From Vicinamibacterales bacterium (GTDB lineage: Bacteria > Acidobacteriota > Vicinamibacteria > Vicinamibacterales > CAVVIG01): a stretch of DNA of 64,000 bases. A program made the translations under genes and the position numbers. The DNA lies in contig DAIUKO010000002.1 in NCBI GenBank assembly GCA_036848175.1, positions 886 to 64,885 on the forward strand. The letters are read 5' to 3'. Within the stretch, counting starts at the first letter, position 1. Each line of letters starts with the position of its first letter. This document shows positions 27,606-38,437 of the stretch, one piece after another. The notes below the pieces were generated by a model. That model saw only the letters and a list, made by a program, of their open reading frames with translations. It was not told the DNA's origin and searched no databases.

Positions 27606-29549
27606 GTGAGCATGAAGTCGGTCGTTGTCGGAACCGCCGGGCACATCGATCACGGCAAGAGCGCGCTCGTTCTCGCGCTGACCGGCACCGATCCGGATCG
27701 GTTGAAAGAAGAGAAAGCGCGCGGCATCACCATCGATCTCGGCTTCGCGCATACGACGATTGACGGCCTCAACGTCGCGTTCGTCGACGTTCCCGGCCAC
27801 GAGCGCTTCGTCAAGAACATGCTCGCCGGCGTCGGCGGGATCGATCTCGTCGTGCTCGTCGTCGCCGCAGACGAGTCGGTGATGCCGCAGACGCGCGAGC
27901 ACTTCGACATCTGCCGCCTGCTGCACGTGCCCGCCGGAATCGTCGCGTTGACGAAGTCCGATCTGGTCGATGCCGAGACGCTGGAGCTCGTCCGGCTCGA
28001 AGTCCGCGACCTCACGGCTGGCTCGTTCCTCGAAGGCGCGCCGATCGTCGCGGTGTCCGCCAGAACCGGCGAGGGCCTCGACGCGTTTCGGCGCGCGCTG
28101 GTCGACGTCAGCGCCCGCGTGACCGGCCGGCCGATCGAAGGCGTGACGCGGCTGCCGATCGATCGCGTCTTCTCGATGAAAGGCTTCGGAACCGTTGTCA
28201 CCGGAACTCTGGTGTCGGGCCGCGTTCCCGCAGACGCCGAGTTGATGGTCGCGCCGGGCGACCGCCGCGTGAAAGTGCGCGGCGTCCAGGTGCACGGCGC
28301 GTCACGATCCGAAGCGGTCGCCGGACAGCGCACCGCCGTGAACCTCGGCGGCATCGAAGTGGATGAGATCGATCGAGGGCAGACGCTCGTCACGCCGGCG
28401 GTGCTGGAGGAAACACGCCTCGCCGATGCACTCGTCGACCTGCTGCCGGGTGCGAAACCGTTGAGGCACGGCGCCCGCGTCCGCTTCCATCAGGGAACGG
28501 CTGAAATCATCGGACGCGTCGCGCTGATTGGCCCGCTCGACCCGTCCGCCGGCGTGCCGACCATCGCGCCGGGGGCGCGTGCGTTCGTGAGGCTGCGCCT
28601 CGAGCGGCCGGCCATCCTGGCGCGCGGCGACCGCTACATTCTTCGCGCGTATTCTCCGGCGGTGACAATCGCCGGCGGCGTCATTCTGGATCCGCATCCG
28701 CCGCGCGGGGCGATTCGAACAGAGGCGGCGCTGTCGCGCGCGACGCGTCTCGCGTTCGATCCGTCGGCGCCGGATCACGTGCAGGCGGACGACCGCGCCG
28801 CCGCCGTCATGATCGAAGACAGCGGCGCCGCGGGCTTTCCGCTCACGTCGATGGTGTCGCGGATCGGCATCGATCCCAACGCTCTCGATGCGCGCGTCGA
28901 GGCGCTGACTCGCTCAGGGGTGGCGGTTCGTGCCGGCGATGTCCTGGTGACGCCGGGCGTGTTCGAGAAGCTCAAGAGCGCGATGCTCGCGGCGCTCGGC
29001 GAACATCATCGGACCGAGCCGCTGTCGGAAGGTATTCCCCGGGAGGAGCTTCGCGACCGCGTCTTCGCGCGCGGTCACGCACACGTCTTCGAACGGGCGC
29101 TCACCGATCTCGCGGCGGCGGGCACGATCGTCAGCCGCGATCGGATTGCGCTCGCCACTCACCGCGTCGCGCTGTCGCCCGAAGACGAGCGCGCGCGGAC
29201 CTCAATCGAGCGCGCGTTCCGAGTCGGCGGCCTGAAGCCGCCCGATGCGGCGACGGTTGCCGCGGACGCCGGCGCGTCCCCGGCCACGGTCGATCGCGTC
29301 CTGAAACTGCTGCAGCGGCAGAAGGTCCTCGTCCGGATCGACACGATGCTCTTTCACGTGGAAGCGCTCGACCGATTGAAAGCGGAAGTGGCGGCCCTGA
29401 AGGTCTCGGCAGGCGCCGCCGCGCGAATTGACGTCGCCACCTTCAAGGAACGGTACGGCGTGAGCCGCAAGTTCGCGATCCCGCTGCTCGAATATCTGGA
29501 CCGCGAGCGGGTCACCCGCCGGATGGGCGACTCGCGCGTCGTGCTATGA
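27606..29549 (+). CDS. selB: Selenocysteine-specific translation elongation factor SelB
   Basis: GTPase G1 [12 protein letters not shown]3 DVPGHERF and NKxD-like LTKSD. Four C-terminal winged-helix modules end ..[25 protein letters not shown]. An ATG at 27612 is an alternative start. Confidence 0.9.
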   Translation: MSMKSVVVGTAGHIDHGKSALVLALTGTDPDRLKEEKARGITIDLGFAHTTIDGLNVAFVDVPGHERFVKNMLAGVGGIDLVVLVVAADESVMPQTREHFDICRLLHVPAGIVALTKSDLVDAETLELVRLEVRDLTAGSFLEGAPIVAVSARTGEGLDAFRRALVDVSARVTGRPIEGVTRLPIDRVFSMKGFGTVVTGTLVSGRVPADAELMVAPGDRRVKVRGVQVHGASRSEAVAGQRTAVNLGGIEVDEIDRGQTLVTPAVLEETRLADALVDLLPGAKPLRHGARVRFHQGTAEIIGRVALIGPLDPSAGVPTIAPGARAFVRLRLERPAILARGDRYILRAYSPAVTIAGGVILDPHPPRGAIRTEAALSRATRLAFDPSAPDHVQADDRAAAVMIEDSGAAGFPLTSMVSRIGIDPNALDARVEALTRSGVAVRAGDVLVTPGVFEKLKSAMLAALGEHHRTEPLSEGIPREELRDRVFARGHAHVFERALTDLAAAGTIVSRDRIALATHRVALSPEDERARTSIERAFRVGGLKPPDAATVAADAGASPATVDRVLKLLQRQKVLVRIDTMLFHVEALDRLKAEVAALKVSAGAAARIDVATFKERYGVSRKFAIPLLEYLDRERVTRRMGDSRVVL

Positions 29550-29723
29550 CTTCGGATTGGTGGTCGTCGACGAGGTCTGTTCGCCTTCCTTCATCCCCTC
29601 TTTGAAGTTCTTCACAGAACTGCCCAGCCCCTTGGCCAACTGAGGCAAGCGGTTTGCTCCAAAGATCAGGACGACGATGATGAGAATGATCAGTAGCTCA
29701 GGCAGCCCAAGTGAACCAAACAT
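29544..29723 (-). CDS. tatA: Twin-arginine translocase subunit TatA/E (59 aa; below ORF-track cutoff)
   Basis: Hand translation gives [59 protein letters not shown]. This has the canonical TatA TM helix, the FG hinge and an amphipathic helix. Confidence 0.9.
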   Translation of the reverse strand: MFGSLGLPELLIILIIVVLIFGANRLPQLAKGLGSSVKNFKEGMKEGEQTSSTTTNPKS

Positions 29724-30590
29724 ATGAAACTCCAGCGGTTTCCGGCACCGCGAACGGCGTGGATTGTACCACTAATCCTCAGCGCCTCGCTCACTTACGC
29801 GCAGTTTACGACAGGAGTGAGCCTCGTCGAGGTCTACGCCACCGTCACCGATCGTCAGGGCGAGCCCCTCACTAACCTGAGCGCCGCCGATTTTCGCGTC
29901 ATGCAGGACGGCGTCCCCCAGACCATCACCGCGTTCGCAGCCGGGGAGTTTCCGCTCGCCGTCGCCATCGGGCTCGATCGCAGCTTCAGCATGGGCGGCA
30001 AAGGCGACCGGCTCTCGGTCGCGAAGTCGGCGGCGCGCACCTTCATCGACGCGCTGCGCAACGACGATCAGGTCATGGTCCTCGCGATCGGCAGCGACAC
30101 CGAAGTCGCCGCGCCGCTGTCGACCGATCGCGCGGCCGCGCGCGCGGCGATCGATCGGCTCGAGCCGTGGGGGACCACACCGCTGTACGACGCGACGCTG
30201 GTCGCGCTCGAGGCAATTCAGTCCGCGAAAGGACGCCGTGCGCTGGTGCTGCTGTCCGACGGGACGGATCGCTACAGCGACACGAGCGAGGCAGCGCTCG
30301 TCGAAGAAGCACGGCGCCGTGATGCGCTCGTCTACCCGATTGCGATCGGGCCCTCGCGGCCGCCGGTCTTCGCCGAACTGGCGACGGCCACCGGCGGACG
30401 ATCGTTTTTCGCGAAGGAGCCGCGCGAACTCGGCGCAATCCTCACCACGATCGCGCGCGAGCTGCGCTTCCAGTATCTGCTCGGCTACGTTCCGCCGCCT
30501 GCAACCGGACGGTCGTGGCACGCGATCGACGTGGAAGTCGATCGTCCGGGCGTTCGCATCAGAGCGCGCGACGGGTATTTCGCGAAGTAG
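29724..30590 (+). CDS. VWA domain protein (VWFA-related acidobacterial-type domain)
   Basis: Signal peptide, MIDAS-like DRSFSMGG, and TTPLYDA..LLSDGTD. The C-terminal [16 protein letters not shown] pattern is typical of this family. Confidence 0.85.
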   Translation: MKLQRFPAPRTAWIVPLILSASLTYAQFTTGVSLVEVYATVTDRQGEPLTNLSAADFRVMQDGVPQTITAFAAGEFPLAVAIGLDRSFSMGGKGDRLSVAKSAARTFIDALRNDDQVMVLAIGSDTEVAAPLSTDRAAARAAIDRLEPWGTTPLYDATLVALEAIQSAKGRRALVLLSDGTDRYSDTSEAALVEEARRRDALVYPIAIGPSRPPVFAELATATGGRSFFAKEPRELGAILTTIARELRFQYLLGYVPPPATGRSWHAIDVEVDRPGVRIRARDGYFAK

Positions 30591-30605
30591 TCCTGCACGT
30601 CGAAG

Positions 30606-30628
30606 CGCGGGGCGTTTCAGGCCCCGCG
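30606..30628. terminator. GC-rich hairpin between convergent genes (cgcggggc-gtttcag-gccccgcg)
   Basis: Perfect 8-bp stem that straddles the stop of the minus-strand gene, 16 nt after the VWA stop. There is no clear U-tract. Confidence 0.4.
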
Positions 30629-31801
30629 TCCCGTGAGTGAACTCGTGACGAACCGCCAGCCGAGTCCGACTTCGCATGTTTTCAGCAATCGCCACTCGAG
30701 CGTCGCGTACGACTGACGACCCGCGACGAGATCCGCCATCACGGCACGGAGACTCGCGCTCTGCTGCAGCGCCTCGATCAACAGTCCGAGGAACGGTGCA
30801 GCAAAGAACATCGACCTCAGCTTCGCCGCACGTGCCAGTTCGACGATCGCTTCCTCCCTGACGCGCGACGCGTACTGCGCCGGATCGAGACCCGCCGCCA
30901 GCGTTTCAGCAGCCCATTGGCCCGACGCCAGCGCGAAGAAAATTCCTTCGCGCGTGATCGGATCGACGAGGCCGGCGGCGTCGCCGACCAGACACCATCG
31001 CGGTCCCGCCAGTTCGAGGTCGTCGAAGTCGCGCGCGTTGAGCGACGGAATCGGCCACGAATAGGGTTCGAGCCGCGCCCCGCGCGCGAGACCCGTCTTG
31101 TCGAGCCATGCCGCCGTCCTCCGCCGCAGCGTTGCGGCAGTGAACCCGGCATCCGCCTGCGCGCAGATGCCGATGGCCAGATGATCGGGACGCGGGAACG
31201 ACCAGATGTAGCCGGGCGGATCCGCCACGAACTCGATCACGAGTTCGCGGCTCGTCACGCCGTGCGCGAAAAACCCGGTCGCAATCGAGAGCTGGTCGCG
31301 GCGAAAGGCGGCCGCCACCCGGCGGCGGACGAGTCCGTTGGCGCCGTCGGCGCCGATCACACACGCCGCGCGAAGCGCGCCTTCGCGCGTCTCGACGCGC
31401 ACGCCGTCGCGCTCCACGCGAATGTCGGTCGCGCGCGATCGCCGAAGTTCCGCGCCGGCGTCGATCGCCGCGGCGACCAGCGCGCCGTCGAAGTGCGCGC
31501 GGCTCGCGACGATGAGATCCGGCTGCCGGTCAGCAGGTCGGTCCTCGAGCCGCACTGCCGCACATCGCGCGCGTGCCGAGTCGAGGAACCGCGCCGTGTG
31601 GATGCGACAGGTCGGAAGACTGTGGCCGGCAACACTGGCGGCGATGAGTTCGAGCGCGCGGCCCGTGACGCCGCCGCCGCACGGCTTCTCGCGCGGGTGA
31701 GACGGATCGATCAACACGACCCGCGCGCCGCGGCGTGCGAGCGAGTACGCGGCCCACGCGCCGGCAGGTCCCGCGCCGACGATTGCAACATCTTTACTCA
31801 A
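30617..31801 (-). CDS. Geranylgeranyl reductase family FAD-dependent oxidoreductase
   Basis: TTG start. FAD fold VAIVGAGPAGAWAAYSLARRGARVVLID, with PCGGGV and GDAAGLVDPITREGI motifs. Confidence 0.8.
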   Translation of the reverse strand: MSKDVAIVGAGPAGAWAAYSLARRGARVVLIDPSHPREKPCGGGVTGRALELIAASVAGHSLPTCRIHTARFLDSARARCAAVRLEDRPADRQPDLIVASRAHFDGALVAAAIDAGAELRRSRATDIRVERDGVRVETREGALRAACVIGADGANGLVRRRVAAAFRRDQLSIATGFFAHGVTSRELVIEFVADPPGYIWSFPRPDHLAIGICAQADAGFTAATLRRRTAAWLDKTGLARGARLEPYSWPIPSLNARDFDDLELAGPRWCLVGDAAGLVDPITREGIFFALASGQWAAETLAAGLDPAQYASRVREEAIVELARAAKLRSMFFAAPFLGLLIEALQQSASLRAVMADLVAGRQSYATLEWRLLKTCEVGLGWRFVTSSLTGRGA

Positions 31802-31810
31802 CGCGCGGTC

Positions 31811-31873
31811 TCCTCCGTGTCCTCTGTGTCCTCCGTGTCCTCTGTGTCCTCTGTGTTTGCCGTGTCCTCCTGT
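31811..31873. repeat. Tandem 9-mer array TCCTCYGTG x7 (one variant unit tttgccgtg)
   Basis: tcctccgtg tcctctgtg tcctccgtg tcctctgtg tcctctgtg tttgccgtg tcctcctgt, in the divergent spacer between 31801 (-) and 31907 (+). Confidence 0.85.
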
Positions 31874-31906
31874 GGATCCATTCCCACCGTGCTACAGTAC
31901 TCGGCG

Positions 31907-32365
31907 ATGATCGAGACCCAAACCGGACTCTTCACAATCGCGGTGTTTCAGGACGTCGCCTGGGCGCGGAAGGGGCTCGACGCGCTCAAACAGGCCGGGT
32001 TCGCTCGCGAGTCGCTGACGGTTCTGGCGAAGGAAAGTCCCGAGGTCGGAAAACTGATCGAAGATACCGTCGGATCCGCGGCGGAGCGCCTGGAGGCGGC
32101 CAACATCGGCGCGGCGATCGCACGCGGGCCGCTGGTCGAGGCGCTGCAGGGCAGCGCGCACGACCTGGGGAAGATTGGACTCGCGGGCGCGATGCGGCGC
32201 GTCGGATTTCAGCCGCATGACGGCCACATTTTCGAGACGCTGGTCGGTCGCGGCGGCGTGCTCGTCTCGATCCGAAGCGAGCCGCGCGCCGCCGACGCCC
32301 TCGCCATCCTGCACTCGTACGGCGGCGGCAACGCGGCGATCGGTGCGTGGCAGGGACGCGTCTAA
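31907..32365 (+). CDS. Hypothetical protein, possibly general-stress (YflT-like) domain
   Basis: 152 aa from ATG 31907 (MIETQTGLFTIAVFQDVAWARKGLDALKQAGF..). The long track ORF (30917) is an antisense extension. The family call is weak. Confidence 0.55.
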   Translation: MIETQTGLFTIAVFQDVAWARKGLDALKQAGFARESLTVLAKESPEVGKLIEDTVGSAAERLEAANIGAAIARGPLVEALQGSAHDLGKIGLAGAMRRVGFQPHDGHIFETLVGRGGVLVSIRSEPRAADALAILHSYGGGNAAIGAWQGRV

Positions 32366-32453
32366 CCCCGAAGGATCGTAGGACTTTCGAAAATGTGGAC
32401 AGCCCGGCCGGTGCCTGAACGACTGCGTCCTAAGGATTACGGACCGGGTGCGA

Positions 32454-32468
32454 GGCATCTCTTTTGCA
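32454..32468 (+). promoter_or_regulatory. Weaker sigma54-like element aGGCATctcttTTGCA
   Basis: GG and GC have canonical 12-nt register. It lies 58 nt upstream of tonB-like ATG 32526. Two deviations from TGGCAC. Confidence 0.3.
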
Positions 32469-32525
32469 GTTGCAGGCTCGAAACGCGTGCGCGAGAATAT
32501 CTCAACGAACGACATCCCCTTCCCA

Positions 32526-33449
32526 ATGGATAGCAGCGCTCAGACGGTCGAGGTCCGCCCGCTTACGTCGCTTGGGCACCTGACTGTCCACGTCGAGGGA
32601 GTCTCAACGGTCGAGACCCCGTTCCAGTTCGAGCAGCAGGAGAAACGGGTCGCGCCAGCAGCGGTCGCATCCTTCGTGTGGCACGTCTTCATGTTCGCCG
32701 CCATCGTTTTGCTCGTGAAGTACGGTCCAAAAGGCGCGGTCACGACGGCTGCAATACTTCCGGATCAGCCGAGCACTCACATCATCTGGCTCAGCGAACC
32801 TGGCCCCGGCGGCGGTGGTGGCGGCGGCGGCAACAAGATGAAAGAGCCGCCGCGTGCGGCCGAACTCCCCGGCAAGGCAAAAATCACCGTTCCAGTCGAA
32901 AAACCGCCGAAGCTCGAGGTCAAACAGGAAATCAAGAAGGAGCCGGATCCGGTCGCTCAGCTGAACATCCCGGCCAAATCGCTCGCGTCGGCGCAGGATT
33001 CGCTGCCCGGCGTTATCGAAGCGCCGCCGGGCCCGCCGACGCTTTCCCAGGGAACCGGTACCGGCGGCGGCGCCGGCACCGGAACCGGTTCGGGCATTGG
33101 CCCTGGACGTGGATCCGGCCTTGGCGAGGGATGGGGTGGTGGAACGGGTGGCGGCCCGTACCGGCCCGGCAATGGTGTCACGCTCCCACGCGTGCTGCAC
33201 GAAGAGCGTCCGCAGTACACGTCGGACGCGATGCGTGCCAAGGTCCAGGGGACGGTCCTTCTCGAATGCGTCGTCCGTCCGGACGGGAGCGTCGGCGACG
33301 TGCAGTTGGTTCGATCGCTGGATCCAACCTTTGGCCTCGATCAACAGGCGATCGCGGCTGCGAAGCGATGGCGTTTCGCGCCCGGCACTCGTCTCGGCGA
33401 GCCCGTGCCGGTCCTCGTGACGATTGAGCTGACCTTCACCTTGCGATAG
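32526..33449 (+). CDS. Energy transducer TonB family protein
   Basis: TM anchor (VASFVWHVFMFAAIVLLV), a Pro/Gly-rich spacer and the C-terminal TonB domain YTSDAMRAKVQGTVLLECVVRPDGSVGDVQLVRSLD..AAKRWRFAPG. I prefer ATG 32526 to the track GTG 32448. Confidence 0.85.
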   Translation: MDSSAQTVEVRPLTSLGHLTVHVEGVSTVETPFQFEQQEKRVAPAAVASFVWHVFMFAAIVLLVKYGPKGAVTTAAILPDQPSTHIIWLSEPGPGGGGGGGGNKMKEPPRAAELPGKAKITVPVEKPPKLEVKQEIKKEPDPVAQLNIPAKSLASAQDSLPGVIEAPPGPPTLSQGTGTGGGAGTGTGSGIGPGRGSGLGEGWGGGTGGGPYRPGNGVTLPRVLHEERPQYTSDAMRAKVQGTVLLECVVRPDGSVGDVQLVRSLDPTFGLDQQAIAAAKRWRFAPGTRLGEPVPVLVTIELTFTLR

Positions 33450-33473
33450 AAACCAGCGCCGTTCAAATAGAAA

Positions 33474-33510
33474 GGCCCGGCAGGGAGAGCTGCCGGGCCT
33501 TCAGTTTTGT
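33474..33510. terminator. Bidirectional intrinsic terminator (ggcccggcag-ggagag-ctgccgggcc + T-rich runs both sides)
   Basis: Perfect 10-bp GC stem, followed by ttcagttttgt on the plus strand and tttctatttg on the minus strand. It sits between the convergent tonB-like gene and groEL. Confidence 0.7.
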
Positions 33511-33534
33511 ACTTCAGACTTCAGACTTCGTACT
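33511..33534. repeat. Half-element of TTCAGAC heptamers (ac ttcagac ttcagac ttcgtac)
   Basis: Shares the exact 21-mer gtacttcagacttcagacttc with 57127-57147. Confidence 0.6.
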
Positions 33535-35169
<1,635 letters not shown>

Positions 35170-35493
35170 CTACTTCTTTTTCTTGGCGTCGCCCTTTGCG
35201 TCGCCGCCTTCGATGACTGCCAGAACTTCGTCCTCGCGCATGATGAGGAACTCCTCACCATCGAGCTTGATTTCCTGGCCGGAATACTTGCCGAACAGGA
35301 TGGTGTCGCCGGCCTTCACATCGAGAGGGACGCGCTTGCCGTCGTCCTTCGCCTTGCCGTTGCCGACAGCAGTGACCTTGCCCTGCTGCGGCTTCTCTTT
35401 GGCGGTGTCGGGGATGATGATTCCGCCGACTTTCTGTTCGCCTTCCTCGATGCGCTGAACGATGATGCGGTCGTGCAACGGTCTGACGTTCAT
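35170..35493 (-). CDS. groS: Co-chaperonin GroES
   Basis: [40 protein letters not shown].. with a short Lys-rich C-terminal tail. Confidence 0.97.
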   Translation of the reverse strand: MNVRPLHDRIIVQRIEEGEQKVGGIIIPDTAKEKPQQGKVTAVGNGKAKDDGKRVPLDVKAGDTILFGKYSGQEIKLDGEEFLIMREDEVLAVIEGGDAKGDAKKKK

Positions 35494-35538
35494 GCTTTGT
35501 GCTCCGTCTTGTGAAGTGAAAAGGTCGCCCTCTGTCTG

Positions 35539-35565
35539 TTAGCAGTCTCGCTGGGCAACTGCTAA
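35539..35565. promoter_or_regulatory. CIRCE-like HrcA operator TTAGCAGTC-N9-AACTGCTAA
   Basis: The consensus is TTAGCACTC-N9-GAGTGCTAA. Here the arm changes are compensatory and preserve an 8-bp inverted repeat. It lies 45 nt upstream of groES, abutting the -10. Confidence 0.8.
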
Positions 35566-35592
35566 TTATATTTTTCACGCTGGCAGTGTCAA
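35565..35592 (-). promoter_or_regulatory. sigma70-type groESL promoter TTGACA-N16-TATAAT
   Basis: Gene-orientation sequence is gTTGACActgccagcgtgaaaaaTATAATtagcag, with consensus hexamers. Confidence 0.65.
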
Positions 35593-35647
35593 CGGGTGAC
35601 TGCTAGATGCAGATGGTGACTGTGCAAGGGGTGTCGGATGAAGGACC

Positions 35648-35863
35648 TTATCCAGACGTTTTTTTTATTTTGTACTCGACCATCTTGCGGGTCAGCGTGT
35701 TCCGGTGCATGCCGAGCGTATCGGCGGCCTTGGTCAGGCTGCCCGAACACTTCCCCAGAACGCGCGTGATGAACCGTTTCTCGAACTCGTGGACGGCATC
35801 CTCGAACTGGACTTCCTTGTCGACCATTTCCTCAACGAGTCGTTCCAGGCGGTCGCTGATCAC
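35648..35863 (-). CDS. Fis-family (HTH_8) small DNA-binding protein
   Basis: 71 aa with C-terminal HTH SLTKAADTLGMHRNTLTRKMVEY. There is a 4-nt overlap with the purC stop. Confidence 0.75.
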   Translation of the reverse strand: MISDRLERLVEEMVDKEVQFEDAVHEFEKRFITRVLGKCSGSLTKAADTLGMHRNTLTRKMVEYKIKKTSG

Positions 35864-36777
35864 TCGAGCTCCCGCCCCGTGAGGCGCCGAAACGCTTCGA
35901 TGTATTTCGCGCGCGTCTTTGCGACGACCTCATCGGGCAGCGAGGGGACCGGCGGCTGTTTGTTCCAGCGGATTTCTTCCAGGTAGTCGCGAACGAACTG
36001 CTTGTCGAAGCTCGGCTGCGCGCCGCCGGGACGGTAGCTGTCCTGCGGCCAGAAGCGCGAGGAGTCCGGTGTCAGAACCTCGTCAATGAGGATCAGACGC
36101 TCTTCAACCGGACGACCATCGTCAGGCAACAGCCCGAACTCGAACTTGGTGTCGGCGACGATGATGCCGCGCGATTCGGCGTGAGCAGCGCCTTCGGCGT
36201 ACAGGCGCAGCGTGAGATCGCGAACGCGATCGAGCAGACGCGGGCCGATCAGCGCCGCAGCGTCCGATTCGTTGATGTTGATGTCGTGTCCGCTTTGCGC
36301 CTTGGTTGCCGGTGTGAAGATTGGCTGAGGCAGTCGGTCCGACTCCCGGAGTCCCTGAGGCAAACGCACGCCGCAGATCTCACCCGTCGCTCGATAGTCC
36401 TTCCATCCGGATCCTGACAAGTATCCGCGCGCGACGCATTCGATCGACAGGGGCTCGGTGCGCGTCACAAGCATCGATCGGCCGCGCAGCAGGTCTGCAG
36501 AAGTCTGCAAGGATGGCGGATACGACGCCGGATCGACTGACAGCAGGTGATTGGCGACGATCGAGCGCGTGCGATCGAACCAGAACGCAGAGATCTGCGT
36601 GAGGACCTTCCCCTTGTCGGGGATTCCCGATCCAAGCACGTAATCGAACGCCGAAATGCGATCGCTGGCCACGATGAGCAGGCGATCGCCAAAATCGTAG
36701 ATGTCGCGGACTTTTCCCTGGCGATCGGGGCGTCGGTCGGCAAGCGTAGTGTGGAGAATGGGCGAGGCGAGCGACAA
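35860..36777 (-). CDS. purC: Phosphoribosylaminoimidazole-succinocarboxamide synthase
   Basis: GKVRDIYDFGDRLLIVASDRISAFD.., long-form PurC (305 aa). Confidence 0.95.
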   Translation of the reverse strand: MSLASPILHTTLADRRPDRQGKVRDIYDFGDRLLIVASDRISAFDYVLGSGIPDKGKVLTQISAFWFDRTRSIVANHLLSVDPASYPPSLQTSADLLRGRSMLVTRTEPLSIECVARGYLSGSGWKDYRATGEICGVRLPQGLRESDRLPQPIFTPATKAQSGHDININESDAAALIGPRLLDRVRDLTLRLYAEGAAHAESRGIIVADTKFEFGLLPDDGRPVEERLILIDEVLTPDSSRFWPQDSYRPGGAQPSFDKQFVRDYLEEIRWNKQPPVPSLPDEVVAKTRAKYIEAFRRLTGRELE

Positions 36778-36882
36778 GACGATCCTCAGGCCGACAACGA
36801 GAAGCTCTGCATCTTACAAGCAGTCCGCAGACCTGACAACAACAACATGTAGGGGCAGTATAGTAATGGCGCTCAAGTCGCG

Positions 36883-37929
36883 ATGAGATCCCACCTTCGC
36901 ACGATCGTCGTGCTGGCGCTCGCCCTCGGCCTGATTGCGTGGTTTCTTCACAACGTCGATCTGAGGAGCGTCGCGGCCGACATCATCCGGGCGAAGCCCG
37001 AGTGGCTCATCCTTTCGCTCGCGACGATGTACATCAATCTGGCGATTCGTGCGCTTCGATGGAAGTACCTGCTCGAGCCGCTCGCGCCGACAACGTTTGG
37101 CAGCGCATTCCGCGCGACTGCGGTCGGCTTTGCGGCGAGCAGCATTCTGCCGGCGCGGGCCGGCGAGCTCATTCGCCCGTATTTCCTCGCGAGACAGACG
37201 CGCTACACGCATCGGGCGCCGATGAGCGCGACCGGTGCGTTCGCGACGATCATTCTCGAACGACTGCTCGATCTCGTGACGGTGCTCGTGCTGCTCGCGC
37301 TGTACGTGTTCGTCTTCGATCGTGACCTGGCGCTGACCAAACCACAAGCCATCGTCTGGCTGAAGTGGATTGGCGCGATGGCGGGTCTCGGCGCGATCAG
37401 TGCCCTCGTCGTGCTGTTCGTCCTCGCTGGCGATCCCGAACGGCTGAGGCGGACGCTGGAGCGTCTCGAGCACGTCGTACCATCCACGTTCGCCGGGATC
37501 GTGGCGCGCGTCGCTGAAAAATTCGCGCGTGGTCTCGGTGCGATTCGGCGGCCGCGCCGGCTGGCCGTGGCGTTGATCTGGTCGTTTCCGCTGTGGCTGT
37601 CGATTGCGGCGGGCATCTGGGCCGTCGCCGTCGCGTTCCGGATCGCGATGCCGTTTTCCGGATCGTTTCTCATCATTGCGCTGCTCTCGATCGGCGTGAC
37701 GATTCCGACACCTGGCGCCGTCGGCGGATTTCACGCGGCATTTCGCTACGGCACCTCCGCGTTTTTCGGCGCACCCGACGATGCGGCAGTCGGTGCAGCG
37801 ATCGTGTGCCACCTCTTGTCGCAGGGGCCTTCGCTGTTCCTGGGCCTGTTCTTCGCCGCACAGGAAGGGCTGAACCTCACCGGAATGCAACGGCTCGCGC
37901 GTCAGGCCGAGCAGGGGAATACCGCGTAG
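36883..37929 (+). CDS. UPF0104 / lysylphosphatidylglycerol-synthase-TM-region family membrane protein
   Basis: 348 aa, polytopic. The N-terminal pattern [43 protein letters not shown] is typical of this family. Confidence 0.8.
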   Translation: MRSHLRTIVVLALALGLIAWFLHNVDLRSVAADIIRAKPEWLILSLATMYINLAIRALRWKYLLEPLAPTTFGSAFRATAVGFAASSILPARAGELIRPYFLARQTRYTHRAPMSATGAFATIILERLLDLVTVLVLLALYVFVFDRDLALTKPQAIVWLKWIGAMAGLGAISALVVLFVLAGDPERLRRTLERLEHVVPSTFAGIVARVAEKFARGLGAIRRPRRLAVALIWSFPLWLSIAAGIWAVAVAFRIAMPFSGSFLIIALLSIGVTIPTPGAVGGFHAAFRYGTSAFFGAPDDAAVGAAIVCHLLSQGPSLFLGLFFAAQEGLNLTGMQRLARQAEQGNTA

Positions 37930-37954
37930 CGGGCCGCGGCCCGCGATCAGACGT

Positions 37955-38413
37955 ATGAAGTGCCCCTACTGCGGCCACCTTGGCGATAAAGTCGTCGATT
38001 CGCGCGAGAGCAAGGAGGGCGAAGTCATCCGCCGCCGGCGTGAATGCCTCGAGTGCGCCAAGCGCTTCACCAGTTACGAGCGGATCGACGAGATCCCCTA
38101 CATGGTGGTGAAGAAGGACGGCACGCGAGAACGGTTCGAACGCCAGAAACTGATCGCCGGTCTGCTGAAGGCCTGCGAGAAGCGTCCCGTCACGGTCGCG
38201 GCGCTCGAAGCGATTGCGGATAAAGTCGAAGCCACGCTGCAGGAGCGGCCGGAAAAGGAAATCGCCACCGCCGACGTCGGCGCGTTTGTGATGGAGGAGC
38301 TCAAGAAACTCGACAAGGTCGCATACGTCCGCTTCGCGTCGGTGTACCGCCATTTCCGGGACATCGGCGAGTTCATGACGGAGTTGAAAGACTTGCTGAA
38401 CATGAAGGACTGA
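37955..38413 (+). CDS. nrdR: Transcriptional repressor NrdR
   Basis: Zinc ribbon [25 protein letters not shown] plus an ATP-cone domain. Confidence 0.95.
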   Translation: MKCPYCGHLGDKVVDSRESKEGEVIRRRRECLECAKRFTSYERIDEIPYMVVKKDGTRERFERQKLIAGLLKACEKRPVTVAALEAIADKVEATLQERPEKEIATADVGAFVMEELKKLDKVAYVRFASVYRHFRDIGEFMTELKDLLNMKD

Positions 38414-38435
38414 CGACCAGGGGACCAAGGACCAG
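38414..38435. repeat. Short GACCAR repeats (cgaccag gggaccaa ggaccag) filling the nrdR-kinase spacer
   Basis: Read directly. It shares the core GACCA with the 12261-12295 array. Confidence 0.4.
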
Positions 38436-38437
38436 GT

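Noticed and set aside
31811-31873. Possible CRISPR array or coding Ser-Val repeat (track ORF translates it as SSVSSVSSV)
   Set aside because: The units are contiguous 9-mers without spacers, and there are no cas genes. The track ORF covering the array (30917-32365) is an antisense extension of a gene that really starts at 31907.
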